Source: Bugula neritina
Lineage: Eukaryota; Animalia; Bryozoa
Reading direction: 5' to 3'
Assembly (NCBI GenBank): GCA_964035545.1
Contig: OZ037771.1
Span: 11,536,480 to 11,600,479, forward strand
Length of the DNA: 64,000 nucleotides
How positions within the stretch are numbered: position 1 is the stretch's first letter; each line of letters opens with the position of its first letter. Shown piece by piece: positions 13,878-27,000 of the stretch. The notes under the pieces are model-generated. The model was not told where the DNA came from. It saw only the letters and a list, made by a program, of their open reading frames with translations, and searched no databases. The position numbers and the translations under genes were made by a program.

Positions 13878-16165
13878 ATGAGGATAGCCGTCTTGTTGTG
13901 TTTGGCTGTAGCCATGGTTTCAGCCATAGATCTCAGAATGGTAAGCTGCATTAGTCTACGGATGCTGCTAAAACTGAAATACCTTTAGTTAGACGTCAAT
14001 GTATGATGGACTATCTCAGTCTATATTTTTTAATTCCATTGGCGACAAGCCTACAGCATACATGTACTATTCTTATGGCAAAATTAAAATTCATTTAAAC
14101 CCATATCTAACAAAATAATAAACTAATATTTTATTTAAAAAGCTATTGGATATTGGTTTGAAAAATACAAAAAAACAAGTAGGAACAACAACTACTTAAT
14201 ATAGTTCTGTGCAGTTAGTATCAAAGTAGTCATCTTTACTATTGTGCAGCTCTATTGTTGTTTGCGTCTTGTTAATTAACCGACTTTCTTGTGTATTTCA
14301 GTGTTTAAGGAACTGCCGTATGAATGACCATTACTGTAAATATATGGGGTCTCCGGGCCAAATGGGCAACTTCTGCATGCAGAAGAACAATGAGTGTCAA
14401 GTTGGATGTATTGTAAGTTGCCATGGTAACAGCTCAATGATCTCTCTGTAATAGTCTATACTACAACACATACCCGCAACTTGATAGCTTCTTCCTAAAC
14501 TATAATCTAATCAATACTTTCTACCAATTCTCAGAATTCGATCACTTGAGTAGTTTTTTTTGTAATTTTGTATAATTTAAGCAATGTTACGGTGCGGTGG
14601 CTATCGTGGGTTACATAAACTGTGTACTTTGCAGCAAATGTGTAAAAGCAATTGCGACAGGACCTACACCTCTGGTGATTGCGTTGTTGAGTGCCAGTAC
14701 AGAGTTACAATGATGCTAAGTATGGGGATGCCAAGTAGCGGTCCGGCAAGTATATATACAAATAACACACCTTCAATATTAAATAGTGCTTAATTTGTTT
14801 TAGTAATATATTTATGCTAATTCAAATAGTTTGTTTTTATTTGATATAATTGTATACTTCACATGCATTTCAATGAATTCGCACATAAAATTCTTATTGT
14901 ACATCATGCTAAGAAGTACATAGTAATAAATGAATGTAAAATGAAGTAAATAAACCGTGGCAGATATACTAGTATATGATTACAATAGCAAAATGTTTCA
15001 AAATTGTCCAATTTGAATATATTGCTATAACTATGGCGTGCATGCAAAGATTTGGTATCATGTGAAATAGCTAAAAAGAATAAAAAATCTTGCTGCTATT
15101 CTACAGTTAAAGTTTCACGTAATTTCTCTGTTTTCCACTTCCATAGCTAACTATTTGTTGTAGGATTGCATGGACAAATGTATGATACTGGCTGATAGAT
15201 GCAATCGGAAGTGTGACGACACTTTCTATAGGCTGTTCCTCCAAAACCCAATGATGGAGTATGTCTACCCTGAGATGGAGGCTGAGGATTGGACAGTTAA
15301 AACAGGTAAGTCTGTCCAGCCTGTGCATGAAGTCCAGCTATACTACTGAGCTTCCTATTGGCTGAAATTACCTGGTTTAGCCAATTGGCTTTCTCTCACT
15401 GAATAATGAAACCCCAAATTTTTATTTGTTCTTATTTTTTCTAATGCTGGCAGTTCTAATATATAGACGTGGCACTTGCATAATTCAAACTCAATCTATT
15501 TAAGCTATTTCTTCTAGCAACACTTGTGAAGCGTAAAATTTAAATTGTAAAATGCATATGTTGGGAACAACTTGCTTCTGTTAGATCAGAGAAGTTAAGC
15601 TAAGAGGTAAATTTTCTTCTGCTACCATAAAGCATCCTTTGTGACTTCCAAGAAGATAAAATGAGTTGACATGTATGGGACAGCAGTAATTGCAAGTAAA
15701 TTTCCAGTAAAGTTGTAAGAGAGAGCTGTGCTTTAACAATGTGTGAAAGAGATGTGTCAGAATCAATACTGCTATATACTCTATAAATGAAATCCGAATA
15801 TATATAGATTGTAATATAATGTTATAATTAATTATAATTTAATAATATAGTTATTATAATGTTGAATGTAATTTTCTAGCTACAGCATAATCACATTTGG
15901 CGTAAATATTAATGCTAAGAATTTTGTCAAATCACAATGTGACTTCAAATTTTTTTACATAGTATGAGAGTAAAAAAATCTTTTCGTTGAAATAAAATTC
16001 AGCCCAAGCTCTCGTCATCAATACTATGCAATATGTGATAAATTTTATTTGCTATGATTACCAAGTTTTGTTGGGAAGTGTTGTTTATTATTGTATGATT
16101 TTAATTTTTTATACTCTTCAGGACTCATGGACAACCCAAATCGTAAAGCAAATCCCATGAAATGA
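13878..16165 (+). CDS. Secreted cysteine/methionine-rich protein, paralogue 2 (156 aa)
   Basis: Exons 13878-13940, 14302-14412, 14635-14745 (GC donor), 15164-15305, 16122-16165. All 14 Cys are conserved; ~115/156 residues identical to paralogue 1 by manual alignment. AATAAA at ~16396. Confidence 0.92.
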
Positions 16166-16876
16166 GTAGAATCCAGTATTTGAACTAGAGATAGATGGAT
16201 AACAGCCTGTACACAGTTTTTAATTGAGTGCACAGTTTTCAATCATAGACCACAACAGTTGATATAAATGTAAATAGCTACACACAGCATCTATTTTCTA
16301 TAATTATATATTTTTGTTAAGTGTTTCAAGAAAAATAATTAGATTTATACATTTTATTTCAATGTTGTTTGCAAATACAAATGAAATGTTTTATTAATAA
16401 AAGTTTTATGATGGACTATTCAGCAGTGATTCTCATATTATAATTAATTGACTACTGCAGTTCCTACTTAATCTAATTGATTAGAGTTTAGACAGTTTTC
16501 ACTGCCCTACTCAATAGCATAGTTCTACACAGTCTATATTCTATTTCCTATTGCTTAGTTTATAGTCTATCCTCTATAGTTGTATAATCTATATTCTATA
16601 GTTGTTCAATATATCTTTGCAAAATAATCAGCACATAAACATCGAATAAAACAAATATAAAACCATATCAACAGGTGAAGTTTTTATAGCTGCAGATTCT
16701 TCATTTTTACAATATTCAAGTTACATAAAATTTACAAAAAGAAAACTAAGAAACAAAATGTAGAGCCTTTTTCTAAGCTGATGCCTTAGCATAAGCTGAA
16801 CATTAAACAACACCTATATATATTATATAACACATTATATATGAACATTCATTGTATGCATAATAGCATGGAATAT

Positions 16877-17080
16877 AAGCATTGTCTACTTATATATGTA
16901 ACTCATCTATATGTGTACAAGCATTGTCTACTTATATATGTAACTCATCTATATGTGTACAAGCATTGTCTTGATATATAAGTCTTGTCTAACTCCTATA
17001 ATCCTCGTCCAGGTAAAATGAAATATTATAAGCATTGTCTACAGTATACAAGCCTCATCTATATGTATAAGCATTGTCAA
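16877..17080. repeat. Degenerate tandem repeat between converging 3' ends
   Basis: AAGCATTGTCTACTTATATATGTAACTCATCTATATGTGTAC twice, followed by degenerate copies. Confidence 0.7.
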
Positions 17081-18039
17081 ACTATACGAGACTCACCTAG
17101 GTAACTGCATAAGCTTCATCAAGGGCATTGCTAGTTGAACTGATATTTCCTTTTTAGCAGCCAACTGCATATAGATAACTGGAGTCCTAATGCAAATATT
17201 TTATTCATTTTATAAACTTTATGAAGGGCAGGCTTATTGCTAAGTCATTGCTGGTCGAGATTTCAACTGGGCATATTACAAAAACTTCATTAAGGTTACA
17301 GAATTTTTTACCACGAGTTGCTAGCTAAAGAGAGGAGGAATAAACCCAATGTGATCACTTCGTGTAAATATGGGGGATAGATTAACCTTGCAGCTTTACA
17401 AATCAACCACTAGCACATGTCTGTCATGCAAAGCTAGTTGTCACTGCTGAAGTTAAACAACATGACTTTGACTTAAAGGAAATTCGTTTTCCCCTTTTAT
17501 TTTCGAATCATTATAACTTGTTTAGATTTGTGGCTAACTGTGTAATATCTTCATATATAAATTAAATCATAAGTTGACTAAAAACAACTTTGAATTCAAT
17601 ACAGCAGAAGTGGTATTCCTGTTCCACAGACTCACTAACTGATGCAAACATTTATTGATCAGAATAAAAATCACAAATTTTGAGAGCAGAGCAAATACAA
17701 GGAGCTTACTGAGAGAGAATGGTATGTACATCATATACAAAAGAAATACTGCAGTCTAATAGAAATTTGTTACTATAATACATAAAATAACAGGACTAGT
17801 TACATAGAGATAGTAATTATTACAAACTATAAAAAATTGACTAAAAAAGTGAGTAGAACAAATGATAAGTGACAAAGTGGACAGACATGATTGGCTACTA
17901 ACAGTTGCACATTGCGAGAGTCACTCTGAAACTACAATATAGAATATCGAGTATATGTACACAGTTACTATAATAAATAATGCGTATTTAACGTTGTACA
18001 AAATACAAAAATCATATTGTCGAGTGAAAGCATCTTCTT

Positions 18040-21000
18040 TCAAACAATTTCAGAAAAAAACAGGTCATCAATGTGAGCGCACAGCCTCTCTCCATTGATA
18101 GTCTGATCCGAATATTCGCTCGTGTTATGAGTAGGGTAATTGTCTGAGCTACTCTCCTGCGCTGGTTTGGGGCGGTGCGCAGACGCCCCGTGATTAAGCT
18201 GGTGTGAAGTGATGTGAGCGGAGACTACAGAGCCATCCTCATGTTTGTGATTAGCAGAAGAATTCTAGAAGGGAAGTAAAGACAATGAGAGGCTTACATT
18301 ACACAATGCTATCTGCTCATATGTGACTCATTAGCAGCACATTTGCTGACCCATTCTGCTTGATTAGAAGCATACTGCGCCCACAGTTAGTCTAATAGGT
18401 CGTTACATCAGCAGCAGCTGACACACCAGGATAGGCACACAATACAACCCAACACACAATACATTATTCTGTCAAATACAAATTTCAACAAGTATGGATA
18501 CTTTATCATAGCAAGCAACTTTACTATCAGGAAAAGACTGATATAGCAATGAGGTCTTAGCAACCTAACCTTTGAAATCTCCACTTTCAACTCATCAGAC
18601 GTCTTTCAAATTAAAAATAATCAGAATTAAATTAAAAACACAACTCGTTGCTATGAAGTGACTAAAAGATCTCAAACAAGCAGCATATTCCCCCCCCCCC
18701 CCCGTCACTATGTGAGCCGCCACTGTGTGAGTCGTGTGTAGAGTCACAGACATACCTGGTCAAGCAGGGCGGGTGACCCGTTGTGACTAGAGTTAGTATT
18801 TAGGGAATTGTCTACACTGTTGATGCTACTCGGCACTTTCGTCTCCTGCACCTCCTCCATGTTGGTTGCGGTTGCTAGGAACTTAGACTGGAATGACTGC
18901 AGTGAAGGTCCTTGTGTAGACTGAGGGTTGTCATTCTGAGAGGCGGCCAGTACGGGGGTAGAGTTGTGCACACTACACGTGTCCTCGCATGTGCCCGAGT
19001 CACCGTCTGGCTCCTTGAGCGTCTTATTCAGCACAGCTCTCTGGTAGTATACAGTATACATGACTTAGTGGAACACGACTAGACAGTATGCAGCTAATAA
19101 CTTGCAGCACTAAATGTATGCAACTTTTGGCTAGGTGAAATGAAAGCATAATGGAATCGCTACGAATCAGCTTCCTGTGCACGAGGTGCAAGGTTGTTTA
19201 GTAATAGCCTACAATCTTAACACCCAGTACTGTTATCGAGTTACTCCACCAAAAGCTGTTGGAAGAAAGGCTAACTTACATGCAACATGGCGGAACCCCT
19301 CGAACTGTTGACGGACTTATTGAGTATGCGGCTCTGTTTCTGCAGGTTTGATTTCTCGTAGCTCTGCAGGGCCAGCGCGACGTCTGACGTGGTCTTGCTG
19401 AATGTAGTCATGAATGTCTACAACACAATGAACTGGATTAAGGGTGGCGCACAACCCAACCATCTATCAAGCTCCACAAAAAGCTAAGATACAAGGGTAA
19501 GATATTGTTTCAAGTTATTTGGTAAAAAAACAACTCAATGCCAGAACAAACTGGACCAGGGGTGCCCAACCTTTTCAGAACAAGGGCCACTGAAAGGGAA
19601 TATTCCAGGGCTGTATTGTAAAATCTCGTTTGAGGATTTTTCAAATTAATTTATTACAACATTTTTATGAATCATTACACAATGAATTCCCAATGGTTAC
19701 TGCAGGCTGTATGCTTCATAGCATGTGTATAAATAAGACATTTAAAAGTTTGGGTTTCCCCTCCAATTCATGTATACATGTAAAAAATAATTTTATTTTT
19801 CATGTCTTTGAGGGCCACATAAATGCAGACTGAAGGCCCCCTGTTGTACAGCCCTGAACTGGACAGCTCTGTTAACTTGCAGCAGACATATTGAGGAGAG
19901 GTTATGGAGAATTCTGGGACTAATTATAATACCCCCCTCTGTTACCTCTGCTGGGACTCATACAGTACATGTGGAGGAAATCAATGAGGATAACACAAAC
20001 TGGAGCATATATCGCGGATAACAAATGATAAGAGGGCATGGTGACAGGAAGTGAGTTTTAAATGAGATGGCAGTTTGCACGGGAATCTCCTCGTTAGAGT
20101 AAAACAAAGAGTGGACAACAACTGAAGCTGGCGATACCTGATACACACGGGTTAAGCACCCGAGTTCACCGACTCTTTTCTAAAACATAATAAAGGCATA
20201 TCAGTAATCAGCTATCATAATATGTTACCTGCACCGCTATTGGCTCATCGGCTTCATTGTCAGAAGCTCCGCTAGTCCGACTGTACACCGAGCTTCGGTC
20301 GGTGGTGCTTAGGGCGGCCCAGCTCGACTCACACGACGGCCGGTAGGGCTGGCTACCGCCCCGCGCACTCTGATTGAACAACTTTTGGGCCTCAGTTCTA
20401 CAATTGTAGCTGTGATTCTCTTTAGTCTGAAATTTATAGCAGCTAGCAATGAAATAAGTTATAAATAATTGGTGTTAAAATCAGAACACATGCCTGTAAC
20501 ATATTCAGTTGATGAAAAGATGGTTGAGAAAGTAGTTAGATGATGTTGGGCAGGAGATGAAAAGAACATGTGTTAGAGGTATCACAGTAGACATGGCGGA
20601 AGTGTATTGTATTATGTGTGCTAAAGGTCAGCTGGCAGTCACCCTGATGTTATCATGAGTAAACTGCATACATTGTGCAGTCTGCGAATTCCTTATGCCT
20701 CTACACTAACAGCAGCAGCGTAGAGGCAGCGCTAAGATAGAATACACAGCATCATAAGGGGAAGACTCACCTGTCTCTTGATGCGTATGATGGCCACAAT
20801 GAGTATGACACTCAGTACGCCAGATATGGAAGAGAGGACAATTACCACTACTAAGTTTACATTGTATGTTCTGTGGTTAGGGGTGTTTCTTGAGACGTGC
20901 TCGTACCCTACTAGGTGTTCAGGTGGAACATAGGCTTCCTGCAAACAGTTACACAATAATATCTGACGCTTGCAACTGTAGCAGCATAAGATACAGTGCA

Positions 21001-24000
21001 TTACAGCAAAACTGCTATCAAAATGATTCTAATTATAAAGTAATTCTATTAACTTTTCAAAAAATTGCATTAAACTTCAGTTTGCCAAGTGGTGGCTCTG
21101 TGCCCAAACCCCCAAACACCTATTTGCACACACTGGGAAGCAAGGAAGTGGGTTAGTTGACCCGTTACCTTGGTAACATCTATTTCCACGCTCGACATGA
21201 CTGTATGTGGAGGAAGGCCGTTGTCATGTACCCCAATCCCGAGTCTGTAGTGACCTGCCATTGCCGAGTTTATCTTTGATTGAACCTTGATCTCTCCGCT
21301 TCTCTTGTCTATCTTAAACATGCCGTAGGAGTTGCCTGCAATGAAAGGCAAGGAGTGAGATGTGACAACTCCTTGAACTTCACAAATCCAGCTGTGGATC
21401 AGAAATAAATAACCATTAGAATAGAAATTGTAAATCTTTCACTTACTAGCTGCACGACGCAATTCCGTAGGTAGAAATGAGAACTGTGAAATTACTTTTA
21501 AGTTAACTTGTAATTAAATTTAGTAGGTTGCTGTGAAATGTACCAATAAAGAGACATAACTCTTGAAGTATTGAGCTGGTAAAAATAAGGGGTTAAGATT
21601 AAACTTAATATTAAAACTGGCTTCCACTCTAAGAATTGATATACAAACAGCTTGGCTATGGCTGTACTTCAGTCAAATAATAAAACAAGTGGATGAACAA
21701 GTGAAAATGTTTGGCCATATTAGCAGACACTGTAAGCACAGCTTCCAACATGACCCCGTGTGCACCAAGAGGGGGGGAGAAGCTCTCACCATGCTGAATG
21801 AAGTAACCGATTCTGCCATTCTCCGCAGTGTCAGGATCAAAGGCTACGACCTTGCCAATGGTGGTGTTCACTGGAGTCTGGTAGGAGCAGGTCAAGGTCA
21901 TGTTCTCAGCAGACGTTACGATTGGCTTGTTGTCGTTCTCATCCAGCACATGGATGTTGACCTTGATATCAGAGCTGAGAGCTGGAGTGCCATAGTCTGT
22001 GGCCACAACAGTCACCTGGGAGAGAATTGTAGGCTACAGTAAAGGGGGGTAGATTAATCACCCTTACTGAAACTACTTTGGAGTGAACCACATAATTATT
22101 GTCATAAAAACTAACGCCAAGTAAAATTTTTGTTGGCAAGGGAATAATGACGAGAACATTGCAAGAGCCCAGTTGGAAAGACAACTCCCAACACGTAGCA
22201 TAGTGTGTGCAGTTGTAATAGCAATCATATTCATCACACCATGTATGCTCTACTGCTATAGCAGAGCCGAGCCTCATCAAATCACAGCACGACATAAAAC
22301 CCAGCTTTAGTTACTTACTGTATAGAACACAGCTTTGGTAACTTACTGTATAGAACACAGCTTTGGTTACTTACTGTATAGAACACAGTTTTGATTACTT
22401 ACTGTATAGAATAAGGATTGGCCACGCTGAGAATATAACAGACATCATATTAATACTACACGAAATCCCAAAACATGATCAGTAGAAATATATAGCTACA
22501 AGTCTACCAATTTCTCATGTTGTAGTGATATGTGCTAGTTAAGGTAGGGTTGAGGAGTAGTAATACAAGCAGCAATACAGAAGTGATGTCATATTATTTG
22601 GGCCATTTTACTTAACTGGAAATCTTCAGTTTTAGCCAGTTTTCCTAAATATTTAGTTAGTTTGAATTTGCGGAACGCGATAGCTTTTTCGTCCCCGTCC
22701 CCAAATCCAAATTAGCTAAATAATTGGGACAAACAAGGGCAATTGAGTGAAATTTAAAAGAACCTTTCTTATTTAGTTGTATATTTTATTGATATTTTAT
22801 TAGTTTTAGGCAAAATCCCATATAAATTAGCAGCTAAATCGTGAAAAATAACCAACAACTGAAGATTTTGAGTGTGTGCTAATTTAAAAAAAATGACCTG
22901 TATATACAACTGCCTCTCACAGTCATGCTGGTTGAAACACATTGATATTTACAGTTAAAGTTACTTTCTGGCTAGAAGTCGAGTATTGGAAACATCATCA
23001 AAGATGTCTAGAGACTCAAGTACCTGGTATTGACCTCCACCAATCTTCTCACGATCCAACGGGGAGCGAGTGGAGATGATTCCCGTGTCATGAGCGATGA
23101 TGAATGGTCCAGAAGATGCATTAGCGATTCTGTACCAGACATTGCCATTGGCTCTCTCATCGGGATCCATGGCTGTAACCTACAGGATCAAGTCACACCG
23201 CACACTCTGACTGTAGTCGGATACTATTCACATGAAACTCGATGTAATAATTGTGAATAAGTGTTTAATTACTTAAATAGTGATTTCAGGTTATGAAGCT
23301 AAGGCAGTATAATATTGATAGCATGAAAAGACAACTCCTGATGCTAATAACACATTTATTACACAAGTTGCGAGATTATATTATGTTTGATTTGATTAAA
23401 TACATAGTTTCAGAGTAACAATAAATTTCATAGTTTGCAATTTTTTTTACAGATTTTTGACAGTCTATATAATCAGGATGAATCTAGCAATGCTGCAAGC
23501 GATGCTGCAAAGAAATGAACTGAAATAAAGTAACATCGAAGATGACGCCCACGACTAACAAGGATAATTGTACCTTTCCCACAAAAGAGTATTTAGGCAT
23601 GTTTTCAGCAACTGACATCTCGTAGTGCGTCACATTGAAACTAGGAGCGTTGTCATTGAGGTCTGCGATCTGGACAAACACGGCAGCTGTGGCCGTCAGC
23701 GGAGGGTCTCCTCGATCTGAAACAGAGGCAGCACAGCAGTTGTATCGTGGAAACTCTAGTAACTTGTTTAGGAGTTGCTCTGCCATGTGAAATGGCAGTA
23801 TTAAAAATTTCGTAATACATATATAATATGCAATGTAATAATATACATATAATATCATACTTGTTCATATTTTTATACAAGCTGGTGGTATTAAAACAGC
23901 TAATACAAAAAGCGTTAGCCAATAGCAAAAGACCCCCCAAAAAAATATGTACCCATAATTTGAGTTTAATCTAATCAATTAATACAAAAAGAAGTGAATA

Positions 24001-27000
24001 TGATTTGACTCCCCCTATCCTAGCCTCAGGTACTCACCTACAGCCACTACGGAGAAGGTGTAGGTTCCCTGCCTCTCCCTGTCCAGTCTAGACTTAGCTG
24101 TGATTAGACCAGACAGTTTGTCTATTGAGAAATACCCAGTGTCTTCCTCACCTCCCAGTCGGTACTGTAAGACAGGGGAAATAGTGCACTTCACGGTATC
24201 CTCACAATGGAGGACAACTCTCAATAACTATCTTACTTCATGATTGCAGTGTGTGAAGCATCTGCTACTAACTTTAGCAAGCAAGAAATAAATCAAACAA
24301 AAATTACTTTAAAAATATAAAAACACGGAGAAAATAAAGAAATCCTCACACAGTTGGCAGGTAAATAAACCCCAGCAGTGTTCTCACCTGAATCTCAGCA
24401 TTGGTGTTGAGGTCCTTGTCGGAGGCCCGCACCTGCACCACGTGGACACCCACCTCGTTGTTCTCAGCTATCAACGGGGTGGAGTATACGAGTCTGTCAA
24501 ACGCAGGTTTCTGGTCATTCACGTCGATTATGTTCACCTGCAGTAGTAGATACAGTGTGTGTGTGTGTGTGTACAGTGTGTGTGTACAGTGTAGTATGTA
24601 CAGTGTATATGTACAGTGTAGTATGTACAGTGTAGTATGTACAGTGTAGTATGCACAGTGTGCGTACAGTGTAGTATGTACAGTGTGTATGTACAGTGTA
24701 CGTACAGCGTAGTATGTACAGTGTGTGTATACTCTGATAACTGGTAGGACACTAAAATATGTCACACTCCAGAGTTTATTCAATACAATAAGAAAACCTT
24801 AAAAGGTGTGGCACAGCAGATCAATACATAAAACAAGTTGAGTAGACAACTCCAAGATACAGAGCAAAGTGTTAACAATTGAACAGACAACTCCTCATAC
24901 ACAGAACATATCATAAAAAGGTGCTACTGTACCAGAAGTGGAGCTCTAGAGCTCCTTGGAGGACTGCCAGAATCAGAGCAGATGATGGTTACATTGATCT
25001 CACTGTGTTTCTCTCTGTCCAGTGCGGCATTCACTACCAGATTATACTCCGACTGGAAGCAGATTAGTATATGTAGAATAATATAGTACAGTATAGTATA
25101 TGTAGTATAGTATATACAGTAGTCTAGTACAGTGTACTTTATCTAAGCCCTAAGGTGACACCAACTTTAACATCACCAAGTTATTTCTACAGAACACAAA
25201 AGACATTCTCTTGAACTAACCATTCTAACACAGAAAAAATGTTGGTCAAAATAAAACGTTTATGAAGAAAAAATGATCAAAAATGAATTTCGAATTTAGA
25301 ATACATTTTGACGATTTGCTAAAAATAATAAAATATATTAAAAACTCATATAAGTCTTTCAATATAAGTAAGTATATGCTAACAATTCTTTAAGACAGGT
25401 AATGCATCTAGTGAGACCACAAATAATAAGTAAAGTTGATAGACAAGAGGCATATAGTAGTATGTGTTGGTAACTCACAGCGTAGGATTCTCTCAGACTG
25501 AAGTAGGGGGAGGTGATGATACACGTCACTATACCGTTGGCTCCCGAGTCACCATCCACCACTCTCACGTGAGCTATGAACGTGCCGTTGGGGGAATGCT
25601 CCGGAACCTATCAACATATTGCAATGAAACATATCAACATATTGTGACAGCATGAGGAGCCGTCTGCGTGACAAACAGGACTGTAACAAATCACAACAAA
25701 ACATCTGCATCTGAACATCTGACACATGACAACCAACATGCTTTGAGCTACTCTGTCAGCAGTGGAAATTAAAATTATGTTTCCCAAAGTAAACTGCTAG
25801 CAGATGACAGTATTTGACATTCTATACAGAAACAACTGATGGGCATTGCAAGGCAAACATATTGCATATACAGCTATACGTCTGCTATGGAGGAAAAGTG
25901 AAGAGACAATCTCTTGCATTTCTAAACTTTTACAATTTTATGAGAAATTAAATCAAAACATTTTCACTTGGCTATTCAACATGGTTACTACAGTGACACT
26001 TTACTGCTATCCATAAATTAATTGCATTACTTTAAGGAGGTTTTGTAGCTCAATTAAGGTAGAAGTGGGAACACGCACGGGTTTGCATGGGAACAAAGAG
26101 AAGAACTGCCTCAGCCTGTCACAACTACCTGTTAATATTGTCACCAATTCACTTACCAGCACGACACCATTTCAGTAATTACTCAGCAAAATGTAGGAAA
26201 ATAATACAATTCTAAATTAGCTGCAGCACCTTTTCACGGGACAATTCCTCTTTGTAGCTGGGACCAGGAATGCATCAAGGGGCATGTTGAGATGAAACTA
26301 ATTACCATCATGTAACCAACTCTCAACTAATTGAATAAATGGAAAAGTAATCAGAGGTGAAATGTAAACAACAGGCGCGCAGTTCTTCAGCTCATTACCT
26401 TCGTTGAGATGGTTGAAGTAGCAGATGCCCAAACCTGATGCTTATTAATTTAATTAAAAGTATAATAACTAAAGTATGCAGCAGTGAGATGCAAGAGCGT
26501 GTATTACATCACACTCTATTATATTATAGTATTTCAAGTAGACCAGATGAAGAAATATTATTACCTAGTATACGCAGATAATATTTCATCATAGTTTCAA
26601 AAAATAGTTTGAAGGTGCTGCTACGAGGATGTTCTATCCTATGACAGAACCTTAGAACAAGCAGCCCGTGACGCACAGACAGCGAACTACTATGAAAAAA
26701 TTCTGCCGAAGTAATTTTCAGTAGTGTTGAATATTTCAGATTCCCACGAATACATTACAAACTATTGAACATAGAGTGAGATATAAAAATGATATAATGA
26801 TAACAGAGGGCAGTCAAGGTTATTGGTTATTTGAGTTTTGATGTCTATTTAGTAAAATAGCAATAGCAGTCTGCTTCAAATAAGACTTTGCAATTAAATA
26901 AAAAATACATCGGCATGAATAAAATTCCGGAATAACATCACCACAAAAAACTATGAAGTTTTATTTTGGAAGTTATATTTACATTTCTTTTGTACTTTAT

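Noticed and set aside
24346-24783. His/Thr/Tyr-rich N-terminal ORF extension
   Set aside because: It is an intronic simple repeat; only 24537-24388 is a cadherin exon.
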